In this document: in pieces, positions 38,089 to 48,106 of the stretch
How the letters are laid out: each line of letters opens with the position of its first letter
How positions within the stretch are numbered: the first letter of the stretch is position 1
Assembly: GCA_039630575.1 (NCBI GenBank)
Contig: JBCNUW010000009.1
Span: 1-64,000 of the forward strand
Reading direction: 5' to 3'
Length of the DNA stretch: 64,000 nt
DNA from: Candidatus Hydrothermales bacterium
Lineage (GTDB): Bacteria; Hydrothermota; Hydrothermia; Hydrothermales; JAJRUZ01
Notes under the pieces: model-generated
Told to the model about the DNA's origin: nothing
The model's database searches: none
Seen by the model: only the letters and a program-made list of their open reading frames with translations
Made by a program: the position numbers and the translations under genes

Positions 38089-40173
38089 CTAATTACCTTT
38101 TGAGATTACTACTTTTAAACCAGTTGAAATTTCTCTACTGCTCTTTAAGAAGTAAACACCAGAAGGAATTTTATCTATGTTAAGACAAACCTTGCCACCA
38201 TAAGATCCAAGTACTTTATAGGTCTTAACCTGTTCACCAAGGACATTATAAAGTTCAATGACAAGTTCTTCTCTGCTATATCCTAAATTTAGTTTGAGTT
38301 CAATCTTATCTTTAACAGGATTCTTCAATAACTTTACCTTTGCTACACCGAAATAAGCATTTTCTTCTATATCTACTAAAATGAATTGATAAATCTGAAA
38401 ACCAGTTAGGTCGTCAGCAACATAAGCATAGTCACCGGAAACATGAACATCATAAGCAGTTCCAGGTGTATCATAATAGCCTACCAGATTAGGACTTGAT
38501 GGGTTAGAAACATCTATTATTTTTAAACCAGCAATTCCATCAGCAACATAGGCGTAATTGCCAGAAACATAAATACCAAAAGTCTGGCCATATGCAGCAT
38601 CATAATAGCCTACTTCATAAGGATTTGACGGATCAGAGATATTTACTATCCTTAAACCAGCATTTCTACTAGCAACGTAAGCGTAATTATTATAAACATA
38701 AACACTATATGCCTGGTCAGGTGTATAATAATAGCCTACTTCATAAGGATTTGACGGATCGGAAACATTTATTATCCTTAAACCACCGTCAAAATCAGCA
38801 ACATAAGCATAGTTGTCAGAAACATGAACACCGTAGGCTCGACCAGGTGTATCATAATAGCCTACTTGATAGGGGTTTGAAGGGTTAGAGACATTTATTA
38901 TCCTTAAACCTGCATCAAAATCAGCAATATATGCATAATTGCCAGAGATATAAACACCACGAGAAAAACCAGGTGTATCGTAGAAGCCCACCTCATAAGC
39001 ATTTGACGGATTGGAAACATTTATTATCCTTAAACCACCGTCAAAATCAGCAACATATGCATAATTTCCGGAAACATAAACATCAAAAGCATTACGAGGT
39101 GTATTATAATAGCCTACTTCATAGGGATTTGATGGATTAGAAACATTTACTATTCTTAAGCCTGCAGAGTTATTAGCAACATACACATGATCACCAGAAA
39201 CATACACACTGTAGGCTCGGTAAGGTGTATCATAATGACCTACTTGATAGGGGTTTGAAGGGTTAGAGATATTTATTATCCTTAAACCAGCTTTCCCATC
39301 TGCAACATACACGTGATTACCAGAAACATAAACAACGAAGGCCCAGCCAGGCGTATCATAAAAGCTTACTTCATAAGGACTTGACGGATCAGAGACATTT
39401 ATTATCCTTAAACCAGTGCTCCCATCAGCAACATAAGCATAATTTCCAGTAACATAAACACTGTAGGCTAGACCAGGTGTATCATAAAAGCCTACTTGAT
39501 AAGGGCTTGACGGATTAGAAACATCTACTATCCTTAAACCAGCATTCTCATCAGCAACATAAGCATAATTACCAGTAACATAAACACCGTAGGCTCGACC
39601 AGGTGTATCATAAAAGCCTACTTGATAAGGATTTGATGGATTAGACACATTTATTATCCTTAAACCAGCATCCCTATCAGCAACATACGCGTAATTATCA
39701 GAAACGTAAACATCATATGTATAGCTAGGTGTAAAATAATAACCTTTCTTTATAGGATTTGTAGCTTGTGAAATATCCCATATCTCAATACCTCCTGCAC
39801 CTGTTGCAATATAAAGCCTTTGAGTCGATTGGTGATAAAAAAGTTTATTAACACATCCTCGGGTATGAATTTCTCCGATTTTAACTGGATTTGAAGGACT
39901 TGAGACATTTAAAATGTAAACACCACCTCCAGATCCACAGAAAGCAAGAGCTCTCGTAGAGTCATATGCCACTGCATATGAAGGTCCAAATGGCCAGTTA
40001 CCAATAAATCGTGTATTCAATGAGTCAAAACCCGCAAAAATTTGTGAATTCTTAAATCTATCAAATTGTCCAACTCTGAACCTTTGAACCGCATCTTCCA
40101 TTCCATTGATCCCTTCCGCTGAGATTTTACGTATAACTAACACAAAGAAAAATATTTTAGTTATTTTTTTCAT
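38089..40173 (-). CDS. LVIVD-repeat beta-propeller protein with T9SS-type C-terminal sorting domain
   Basis: Repeated YAYVAD...GLRIINVSNPSNP units; C-terminal NPVK...LYNVLGEQV...PSGVYFLK...KVVI. Confidence 0.9.
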   Translation of the reverse strand: MKKITKIFFFVLVIRKISAEGINGMEDAVQRFRVGQFDRFKNSQIFAGFDSLNTRFIGNWPFGPSYAVAYDSTRALAFCGSGGGVYILNVSSPSNPVKIGEIHTRGCVNKLFYHQSTQRLYIATGAGGIEIWDISQATNPIKKGYYFTPSYTYDVYVSDNYAYVADRDAGLRIINVSNPSNPYQVGFYDTPGRAYGVYVTGNYAYVADENAGLRIVDVSNPSSPYQVGFYDTPGLAYSVYVTGNYAYVADGSTGLRIINVSDPSSPYEVSFYDTPGWAFVVYVSGNHVYVADGKAGLRIINISNPSNPYQVGHYDTPYRAYSVYVSGDHVYVANNSAGLRIVNVSNPSNPYEVGYYNTPRNAFDVYVSGNYAYVADFDGGLRIINVSNPSNAYEVGFYDTPGFSRGVYISGNYAYIADFDAGLRIINVSNPSNPYQVGYYDTPGRAYGVHVSDNYAYVADFDGGLRIINVSDPSNPYEVGYYYTPDQAYSVYVYNNYAYVASRNAGLRIVNISDPSNPYEVGYYDAAYGQTFGIYVSGNYAYVADGIAGLKIIDVSNPSSPNLVGYYDTPGTAYDVHVSGDYAYVADDLTGFQIYQFILVDIEENAYFGVAKVKLLKNPVKDKIELKLNLGYSREELVIELYNVLGEQVKTYKVLGSYGGKVCLNIDKIPSGVYFLKSSREISTGLKVVISKGN
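38385..39745 (-). repeat. About 11 tandem ~126-bp intragenic repeats
   Basis: 42-aa units; DNA strings such as ACATTTATTATCCTTAAACC and GGTGTATCATAA recur. Confidence 0.9.
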
Positions 40174-40355
40174 ACACTCCCCCCTCTATATTATTAAGCC
40201 TACTTTAAGATTTTTTCAAGTTATAATAAAGACTTATATTATTCTTTACATAATTAAAGTCCTATTCTACTTTACTTCAAATTAATAGATAGTTCATTCA
40301 GTTTTCTATACATGTTAGTGATAAGAATGTAATTTAAAGTGAAAAATAATTCTAT

Positions 40356-40775
40356 TTATAAGGTATGATTTTGAAGCTGAACTAAAAATTTTTTAAGTTG
40401 GAAGTAAGAGTTAAAAAGTAGAGGATAAACTTTAGAGTAAATTCTTGCTAACAGTTTAGAAATTATTAAATAGTAAAGATGTTTATTCTCTTTTAATTTT
40501 TTGGCAAGTTTTTGTTTTTCCTTTTTTGTTTCTGCGAGAGTTAAAAGTACTATAAGTCTTAAATCATCATGCATCCCCTCAAAATCATTTTTAATTTCAT
40601 TATGTATCTTTTTTAAACCCTATTTTAATCTCCTCATGAGTTCTTTCAAATCCTCTGCGCATTTCTTCAACAATTTTTAAAGTATTTTCTATTTCTCCAA
40701 GCGAGATATGTAAAAGCCCATGCTAAAAAGGATACTCCAAAACCTAATATTGAAAGCGATATCTCCAGATTTGAA
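40356..40775 (-). pseudogene. Decayed small membrane-anchored coiled-coil protein
   Basis: LEISLSILGFGVSFLAWAFTYLAWRNRK, then a frameshift to TLKIVEEMRRGFERTHEE...MHDDLRL. Confidence 0.45.
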
Positions 40776-40880
40776 TTATAAAGTAGATTGCATTTTCGGT
40801 GCTTTCTAAATCATAAAAAGACATTTTAAGTTTCACTTCATTTACTATATTTTTGTGAACTAATTTAAAAATAATCAAAA

Positions 40881-41097
40881 TTATTTTTGGGCCTCTATAA
40901 ATTTTTCTACATAAAAAGAAAATCTTTTTAAATCGTCAATTTTGTTTAAATTTTCATATACCCCAAACTCCCTTAAAACAATATCCTGCATTTCCCAATT
41001 TTTTAAGAATTCTTCCTCACTTACATTTTTTCGTTCTCAATCTCCTTATACTTTCTTCTAATCTTTCTAACCTTTTTCTTATTACATTTTCACTCAC
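40881..41097 (-). pseudogene. HepT/DUF86 (HEPN) toxin remnant
   Basis: VSENVIRKRLERLEE...SEEEFLKNWEMQDIVLREF joined directly to the C-terminal VYENLNKIDDLKRF. Contains a frameshift and a large internal deletion. Confidence 0.65.
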
Positions 41098-41565
41098 CAA
41101 ATTTACCTTCCTTTATTCTTTTACTCATTGCTTTGAAAAATCTTTCTCTATAGCAAGAAAATTCTATATATTCTTTTAAATTTTTAGCAAAAGAAATTCT
41201 CTTTTCTTCATTTTTTGAGAGGAATAATCTACCTGTCTTAAACACAGAGTGTATAAGTGAAAGAGGGGCTTCATTCAGAATTATAAGGTCAATTTCATCA
41301 GTTTTTAATATTCTTGAAATTTCTGAAAAAAGAATTATTTTTTTTCAAAAAAATTTTTATTTTCTTTTAAATAAATTGCGATATCTATATCACTTAAAGG
41401 CGAAATCTTTCCTTTACCATAACTTTCAAAGAAGTATACAAAAACTATATCATCTTCTTTTTCAAAAAACTTTTTTAAATCATCTAAAAGTGGATGAATA
41501 TCATGTTCAATCTTTTTTCTTTTTATCAGAGGAAAATTATAATTAGTATTTTTGTTAAAAATCAA
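41090..41565 (-). pseudogene. MntA minimal nucleotidyltransferase antitoxin, frameshifted
   Basis: VYFFESYGKG..SPLSDIDIAIY (FGS changed to FES), continuing after a frameshift as EIDLIILNEAPLSL..VFKTG. Confidence 0.75.
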
Positions 41566-43423
41566 TCCCTATATTTATCTCTGCAGGAATTCGTATCTTT
41601 TGTTTCCATATTTTTTTATTTCTTGCGAATTTTTCATAATATTTATCTTTTCCTTTTACATCAATAAATATACCAATACATTTTATATACTTTCTTAAAG
41701 AAGGGATTATGCCTAAATCTATATTTGCCTTACCAAGTGTTATTCCCCCTTTTGTTTTATATTCGTCATTGCCTTCATAATCAATGAATATTCCCATTCC
41801 ATTTGCGTTTCCTGAGCCAAGGCTTAAATTCGGCGCTTCGTATAATTCATTTCCTTTATAGTCTATAAAATATCCAAGAGAAAAATCATGTCCTGCTCCA
41901 ATTCCCATATTCATTTCTGTTTTATATTTATCATCTCCATTTAAATCCATAAGCATTCCAATAGCAAAATGGGCACAGGCTCCCTGCGTATACCAAACAC
42001 CTTTATATTCGTCATTTCCATCAAAATCAACTAAAAATCCTGAACCCATCCAGTATCCACAACCTTGACCAAAAACGCTACATAAATATTTATCATTACC
42101 ACTTCCTTCAATTAAAAAACCGATTCCTCCTGCAAGTGAATGTCCATCAGTAAAATCTGCTCTCGTGCCAAAGCCTGTTCCTTGCGCAAGTGAAACATTG
42201 TGTCTTTCACTTTGAGGAGACGGATATTTTACTGTGTCATTTCTTGCAATATAAAAGTCATTTCCCTCTCTATCTATCAAAAGACCACATCCTTTAACAA
42301 ATCCAAAGCCCTGAATCCCTTGAAACCCTTCATAAAAATCGTCACCTTTTAAATCGGACAAAATTCCTACTCCAAATAAACCTGCCCCTTCTCCATAGGA
42401 GTCACAAAAGTATTTATCATTTCCCTCAAAATCCAAAACTATTCCATATCCAAATAAACCTGCACCAATAGTTATTTTTTCACCAACATATTCATCATTA
42501 CCCTTTAAATCAATTAAAATAGAAGTTCCAGATAGACCTACACCGTTTCTTCCTTTATATTTATCATCACCACTTATATCAATCAGTATGCTTAAAGGAA
42601 AATTTTTATAAGTTAAAGAGGAATTGAGATATTCATCATTTCCCTCAGGTTCAATTATTAAAAGATAAAAAGGTGAATCATAAATGTTATTCTCTTTCCT
42701 GCCTACAATTATTTTTCCATAACTTGAATTTAATTCAAAATGATTATCAAAGGAAGAGTTTTTTAAAAATTGAGTTCCTTTTTGAACAAAAAAACTTAAA
42801 TCATTTGAAAGTCTTGAAATTATTTTAAAATCAACACTTTCAACCATTTTTTCAATCTGGGGATTTGAAAGTCCATCTTCATTTTTCTCTTCAAGCCCTT
42901 TTAATACTTTCTCAAAATCCTCTTCTTTTATATTCTTTGTAAATTCTTTTATTTCATCCAAATAAAGTTTGACCCCTTTTAAAATAAATATTAACCCTTT
43001 TAGTAGATTCTCATCTTTTATTTCTATTTTTTCTTTAATTTCTAAAAAATCAAAAAGATTATTAAGATATTTTTTTGGATTTATTTCTTTTAAAGAATCA
43101 ATTAATCTCTTATGGGGTTTTTCAATCAAACCCCTTCTTACTCCTTCATCCATCCTTGCAAATCCATAGTATGTTAAAGCCCATAAGGAGTCAGAATTTT
43201 GCAATACTCCTTCTGAGATTGTTTTTATGTAAGTAGGTGCCTTTATTGGTGAAAATATAAGATTATCAAAAATTTTTAACCTAAACTTACCATAACCATA
43301 AATTTCAAAACCTTCTTTGTCAAGAGAGATTTCATTGAGGGGTAAATTTAATTTCTTTGATGTAACTGAAAAGAATTTTTCTTCATCAAAAATTGGATTT
43401 AAAATAATTAGGATAAGTATCAT
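41555..43423 (-). CDS. Exported protein with many hhDxxG(N/D)DxY repeats
   Basis: About ten DxxGNDxY units separated by Gly-rich G.G.G.G segments. Confidence 0.75.
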   Translation of the reverse strand: MILILIILNPIFDEEKFFSVTSKKLNLPLNEISLDKEGFEIYGYGKFRLKIFDNLIFSPIKAPTYIKTISEGVLQNSDSLWALTYYGFARMDEGVRRGLIEKPHKRLIDSLKEINPKKYLNNLFDFLEIKEKIEIKDENLLKGLIFILKGVKLYLDEIKEFTKNIKEEDFEKVLKGLEEKNEDGLSNPQIEKMVESVDFKIISRLSNDLSFFVQKGTQFLKNSSFDNHFELNSSYGKIIVGRKENNIYDSPFYLLIIEPEGNDEYLNSSLTYKNFPLSILIDISGDDKYKGRNGVGLSGTSILIDLKGNDEYVGEKITIGAGLFGYGIVLDFEGNDKYFCDSYGEGAGLFGVGILSDLKGDDFYEGFQGIQGFGFVKGCGLLIDREGNDFYIARNDTVKYPSPQSERHNVSLAQGTGFGTRADFTDGHSLAGGIGFLIEGSGNDKYLCSVFGQGCGYWMGSGFLVDFDGNDEYKGVWYTQGACAHFAIGMLMDLNGDDKYKTEMNMGIGAGHDFSLGYFIDYKGNELYEAPNLSLGSGNANGMGIFIDYEGNDEYKTKGGITLGKANIDLGIIPSLRKYIKCIGIFIDVKGKDKYYEKFARNKKIWKQKIRIPAEINIGIDF

Positions 43424-43523
43424 ATCTAGGGTCTTTATTTTAAGTAATTTAAATGAGACTGATCAAGCTCTTTCTTAAATTTTCCATTTAAGTTATGAAG
43501 TTTAGATATAGAGAATATTTTTA

Positions 43524-45023
43524 TCAAGGAACATAACTAAACACGCTGATTTTGTTAAAAAAAAGAGCGTGGCAGAAAAGCATTATAGCAAAAATTATAG
43601 AAAAAATTAAAATTTGGGTGCTATTCATAATTCTTTCAAGTACCCAAAAAAGGGGGAATATTATGTAAAAAAAACGTGGTAAAGAAGTAAGATATACATT
43701 AGGATGTCCCTGTGATAGAGTTGAAATTAATATTCCTATAAAGGGGATTAAGCTTGTGATAAAAATTATATCTTTTGTGCTGAATTTTTTTGAATAGAGT
43801 CTAAGAGAAAAATAAAAAAGCCAAAATATAACAAGATACGTTTGAAGAGGTATAATAGTAATCTCTTTTATTAGAAAAAGAAAGATTAAATTTTTAAAGA
43901 AATTCATAACTCCATTTTCATTTCCCCAGGCGTATTTCCAGAGTAGGTAATGGGCTAATGGTTCTTTAAATTTTAACCAAAGGTAAATTGAGTATATTAG
44001 AATACCGCTGCAAGTTAAAATGAAATAAAAAATTATTTTCAAAATGTTAATATTTTTCCTTTCGTATATTATATAAATGAGTAAAAAGGATAAACTAAAA
44101 AAGATTAGGTGAAACCTTGCTGCTGTTCCTATTCCTATAAGTAGAAAAGATAAATTGTAATTTTTTCTAATCAAAAAGTAAAAAGAAATAGAGGAAATCA
44201 AAACTGCTGTTGATTCCGAATAAGGAACTGTAAAGAATAAGGCACCAGGATAAAGTGAGTATAGAATTAAAATTCGGAAAGCACTTTTTTCTCCGTAAAG
44301 GTTATAAGTAATGAAGAAGATAACATAAAAGGCAACCAATCCTAAAAAGTTGCTCACAAATATCATAGATAATTCAGTATTTTTTAAGAAGTAACTGGTA
44401 ATTTTGCATAAAAGTGGATACAATGGGGCAAATTGAGGGTTTTGTTTTCTATAATAATTTTTGTCATAACTGTAACCACTTAAAATAATACTTTTATACC
44501 AGTAAGCATCCCATGAAGATGAAAGATTATAAAAAAAACTTTTTAGATCTGGTATTAATTTTTTACTTCTCATTTTAAATTCCTTATCAAACTCAACAAA
44601 TTTTTTTAAATCTTCTGCTTTTACATATATTTCCTCTTCATTATTAAACTTTAGCAGTGCTCCTCTAATTAAGATTGAAGCAGTATCATTTTCTTTTTTT
44701 TTAATTTTTATGATCATCTCGTTACTTTCTACTATAAATCCATAAAACAGCCATTTTTCTATATGCCCTGTTGAGATAAAAAATGAGTCTATAAATTTAT
44801 TTTCAATATTGTATAAATGAAAAGTTTTTGGTATGGAAGTTTTTATATGAAGTTGTATCTTTTTAATTTTATCATTTATTTTTAACTTTAATTTCTCATC
44901 TTTCACGTTAAAAAAATAGTATTCTACTTTTGAAAAGCTGAAGATCAATCCAATTATTTGTATATACTTTGAAAGTAAAATAATCAAAAGGATTAAAAAT
45001 AAATTTTTTAAGTTTTTTCTCAT
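43524..45023 (-). CDS. GT-C mannosyltransferase-like (PIG-V/PMT) membrane protein
   Basis: WDAYWY..I...GY, FAPLYP, PYSES; multiple TM helices. Confidence 0.8.
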   Translation of the reverse strand: MRKNLKNLFLILLIILLSKYIQIIGLIFSFSKVEYYFFNVKDEKLKLKINDKIKKIQLHIKTSIPKTFHLYNIENKFIDSFFISTGHIEKWLFYGFIVESNEMIIKIKKKENDTASILIRGALLKFNNEEEIYVKAEDLKKFVEFDKEFKMRSKKLIPDLKSFFYNLSSSWDAYWYKSIILSGYSYDKNYYRKQNPQFAPLYPLLCKITSYFLKNTELSMIFVSNFLGLVAFYVIFFITYNLYGEKSAFRILILYSLYPGALFFTVPYSESTAVLISSISFYFLIRKNYNLSFLLIGIGTAARFHLIFFSLSFLLIYIIYERKNINILKIIFYFILTCSGILIYSIYLWLKFKEPLAHYLLWKYAWGNENGVMNFFKNLIFLFLIKEITIIPLQTYLVIFWLFYFSLRLYSKKFSTKDIIFITSLIPFIGILISTLSQGHPNVYLTSLPRFFYIIFPLFWVLERIMNSTQILIFSIIFAIMLFCHALFFNKISVFSYVP

Positions 45024-45061
45024 AAAAGGTTATTCTAAAATTTTGAATATTTATTTTTCAA

Positions 45062-45090
45062 TTGATTTCAACATATTTTTTTGATATAAT
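45062..45090 (+). promoter_or_regulatory. Sigma70-like promoter of rpmB
   Basis: TTGATT-N17-TATAAT with an extended TG; SD AGGAGG downstream. Confidence 0.65.
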
Positions 45091-45115
45091 TAAATCTATA
45101 AAAGGAGGTTTTAAT

Positions 45116-45298
45116 ATGCCAATGATGTGTGAAATATGTGGTAAAAAGGCAGTTATAGGAAGGCAGATTTCCCACTCTCACAGAGTGACAGCAAGAAAAT
45201 TTAAAGTTAATTTACATACAAGAAGAGCAAAAATAGGTGGAGAGATAAAGAAGGTAAAGGTATGTACAAAATGTCTTAGAAAACTTGAGGTAGTTTAA
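45116..45298 (+). CDS. rpmB: 50S ribosomal protein L28
   Basis: CEICGK, G..ISHSH, F.VNL, VCTKCLR; ATG 45116 follows AGGAGG. Confidence 0.96.
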   Translation: MPMMCEICGKKAVIGRQISHSHRVTARKFKVNLHTRRAKIGGEIKKVKVCTKCLRKLEVV

Positions 45299-45301
45299 TT
45301 T

Positions 45302-45955
45302 TTGAAGCAAATAATATATTTAATTAAAAAAGATGTTTTACTTGAATTTAGGACAAAAGAAATAATTATACCTTATTTACTATTTTCATTTTTGCTTCTT
45401 TTTCTTTTAAGTTTTGGAGTAGAAAGGATTTTTGATTTAAAACTCTTTTCTTTTTTTTATTTTTTGTCCTTTATGTTCGCAGGTATGCTCGGTTTTGAGA
45501 GGGTGACTGCTTTGGAATTTGAAACAGGAGGAATTTATTCACTTCTTACTTTCCCGATTCCTAGAAATTATATTTTTATTTCAAAGACTTTGTCTATGTT
45601 TTTGTTTCAATTTTTCTCTGGGGTAATTTTGATGATAATTTTTTCGGTTTTTCTTAATGTTAATTTCCCTCCTATTTTTTACTTTTTAATTATTATAATT
45701 TTATTTTCCTTTGGATTTTCGATTCTCGGTGTGATACTTTCTTTTCTGACTTTTTCTTCAAGGGCAAGGGAGTTTTTACTTCCAATTGTTTTAATTCCCC
45801 TTTTTATTCCGCCTTTTGTCTCAGCAACTTTTGCTTTAAATACATTACTTGAAGATAAATTTTTGAATTTAAACTATATTTACTTTTTAGTCTTCTTTGA
45901 TGTTTTTTACTTTTTTATTTCTGATCTTCTTTTTGAATATGTAATTCTCGAATGA
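45302..45955 (+). CDS. ccmB: Heme exporter protein CcmB
   Basis: KKDVLLEFRTKE, FAGMLG, E.E.G....L, RAREFLLPIVLIPL.IP. Confidence 0.85.
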   Translation: MKQIIYLIKKDVLLEFRTKEIIIPYLLFSFLLLFLLSFGVERIFDLKLFSFFYFLSFMFAGMLGFERVTALEFETGGIYSLLTFPIPRNYIFISKTLSMFLFQFFSGVILMIIFSVFLNVNFPPIFYFLIIIILFSFGFSILGVILSFLTFSSRAREFLLPIVLIPLFIPPFVSATFALNTLLEDKFLNLNYIYFLVFFDVFYFFISDLLFEYVILE

Positions 45956-46683
45956 TAGTAAAAAGTGGAATTAAAAGTATGACTGGTGCAAGTACTGTGT
46001 CTTTAAAAGAGTCTGGAATTCACTGCAAAGCAGAAATTATTTCTCTTAATTCTAAAGGTTCTGAGTTTAAAGTTTTTATCTCTCCAGAAATACCAGGACT
46101 GGAAGCTAAGGTTAGGGAATTTTTAAGTAAATATCTTAGGGATGGAAAATTCATAGTTAAAGTAAATTTTGTTGATACTGGTATTAAATTAAAAATTAAT
46201 AAAAAAATTTTCAATTCATTAAAAACTACTAAAGGAAGTAATTTTTTATTTGCCATTGATCCTTTTAAAATTCCAGGTTTAATAAACTTTGTTTATCCTG
46301 AAAAGAAAATATGGAAGATTTTAAAGAAGATTTTGAAAAAATCTGTTTTTGAGCTTGAAAAAAAGAGGTTAAAGGAGGGTGAAGAGATAAAGAGAGCAAT
46401 CTTGAAGGAGATTGATAAGATAAAGTTAAATTTAAAGGGTATAGATCCATCTAAAATCAATGAAGAGGTTATAAGAATTAAATCCCATTTAAAAAATATA
46501 AGAGAGATTACCAAAGCTAAAAAAGGTCCCTGGGGAAAAAGAGTTGATTTTTACGGTCAGGAGATTTTGAAAGAGGCAAATACGATAACTCAAAAAACAG
46601 AAGATTTAAATGTAGTAAATTCGGCAATAAAGATTAAAGAATGTGCTGATAATATAAGAGAATTGTCAAGAAATCTTGTTTAA
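45952..46683 (+). CDS. YicC/YloC family endoribonuclease (short form)
   Basis: IKSMTG, EIISLNSK, R..EG, INEEVIR..SH, GKRVDF..QE..KEANTI. Confidence 0.8.
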   Translation: MIVKSGIKSMTGASTVSLKESGIHCKAEIISLNSKGSEFKVFISPEIPGLEAKVREFLSKYLRDGKFIVKVNFVDTGIKLKINKKIFNSLKTTKGSNFLFAIDPFKIPGLINFVYPEKKIWKILKKILKKSVFELEKKRLKEGEEIKRAILKEIDKIKLNLKGIDPSKINEEVIRIKSHLKNIREITKAKKGPWGKRVDFYGQEILKEANTITQKTEDLNVVNSAIKIKECADNIRELSRNLV

Positions 46684-48100
46684 AAATACTTCCTTTTATT
46701 CATATCTTGTAAATCTTATTGGTACAAAGGAGACAAAGGATTTTTTTGAATCTGTTAGGGAGGAATTCCCCAAGGTTTTAAGAGTTAATCAGATAAAAAC
46801 AGATAAAAATTTTATTAAGGAAAGATTAAAGGGTAAAGGGTTTCTGCTAAAAGAAAATCCAGTCTATGAGAATTCTTTTGAGGTTCTTTATGAGCCTTTT
46901 GAATTGGGTAAGACACTTGAGCATTATGCTGGGCTTTTTTATATTCAGGAAAAAAGTTCTCTCTTACCAGCTAAAATTTTAAATCCCTTAGAAAATCAGT
47001 TAGTTCTTGATATTGCTTCAGCACCAGGATCAAAGGCAACTCAAATGGGCGAGATGATGAAAAACAAAGGAGTTATTGTTGCTAATGATATTCATTTACC
47101 CAGGATAAAGGCACTTACACATAACATTGATAGAATTGGTCTTATAAATACAGCAGTTACCATGATTGATGGAGTAAAATTTGGTGATTATTATTTCGAG
47201 ATTTTTGATAAAGTGTTAGTAGATGCTCCCTGTTCTAGTATGGGAACAGTTCATAAATCTAAGGAAGTGCTATCATGGTGGAATGAAAGAGAAGTTAACT
47301 ATTTTAAAAATATACAGAAAAAACTTTTAATTTCTGCGGTAAAATCCTTGAAAGTAGGGGGAGAGCTTGTTTATTCTACTTGCACTTTAACTGTCGAAGA
47401 AAATGAAGAACTAATAGATGAAATTTTGAAGAAGTTTCCCCTTGAAGTTTTAAGAATAGATGATTTGGGAATCGGTGAGGGTAGAGGATTTGTTTATTAT
47501 AAGGGAAAGAAGTTTTCAAAGGAAATAGAAAAGGCTGTAAGAATTTGGCCCCATAGATCCTTCATGGAAGGTTTTTTTATTGTTAAATTAAAAAAAGTTG
47601 ATAGATTGAAAGGAGAAAAGAAAAGTTTCCTTAAAAGGGAGTATAGAAAGATATTGAAGAAAAAAGATTATGAAATTAGTAAATTTTTAAAATTTTTAGA
47701 AAGTTATTTCGGAATAGATACTTCTTATTTTGATGATAAGATTTTTAAATTTTCAAATGACATATGGCTTTTGTCAGAGGATTTTGAAAGATTTGAAGTT
47801 CCTCATTCTTTTAGAGAAGGTATGAGAATAGCAAGGTTGCATAAAGATGAATATAAACTCACAACAAATTCTGCACAAATTCTTTTTCCTCTCATTAGGA
47901 AAAACGTTTACGAGATAAAGAATTCTTCAGATGCCTTAAAAGTTTTAAAAGGTTCTGAAATTTATTTAAATAAAAATGAAGAAGACGGATACAAAATTTT
48001 AGTTTATGACAGCATTTGTCTCGGAGTTGGTGTAAAAAGAGGTAGTAAATTAAAAAGTCAGATACCAAAAAGTAGGAGATTTGAGGAAGTGGTACTTTGA
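46676..48100 (+). CDS. RsmB/RsmF (NOL1/NOP2) rRNA m5C methyltransferase
   Basis: YIQE.SS, DIASAPGSK, VDAPCS, VYSTCT, ENE, EGFF; RsmF-like C-terminus. Confidence 0.92.
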   Translation: MFKNTSFYSYLVNLIGTKETKDFFESVREEFPKVLRVNQIKTDKNFIKERLKGKGFLLKENPVYENSFEVLYEPFELGKTLEHYAGLFYIQEKSSLLPAKILNPLENQLVLDIASAPGSKATQMGEMMKNKGVIVANDIHLPRIKALTHNIDRIGLINTAVTMIDGVKFGDYYFEIFDKVLVDAPCSSMGTVHKSKEVLSWWNEREVNYFKNIQKKLLISAVKSLKVGGELVYSTCTLTVEENEELIDEILKKFPLEVLRIDDLGIGEGRGFVYYKGKKFSKEIEKAVRIWPHRSFMEGFFIVKLKKVDRLKGEKKSFLKREYRKILKKKDYEISKFLKFLESYFGIDTSYFDDKIFKFSNDIWLLSEDFERFEVPHSFREGMRIARLHKDEYKLTTNSAQILFPLIRKNVYEIKNSSDALKVLKGSEIYLNKNEEDGYKILVYDSICLGVGVKRGSKLKSQIPKSRRFEEVVL

Positions 48101-48106
48101 AAGATT

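Noticed and set aside
38385..39745. CRISPR array or DGR template/variable repeats
   Set aside because: The repeats are in-frame 126-bp coding units without unique spacers. No reverse transcriptase or cas genes occur in the window.
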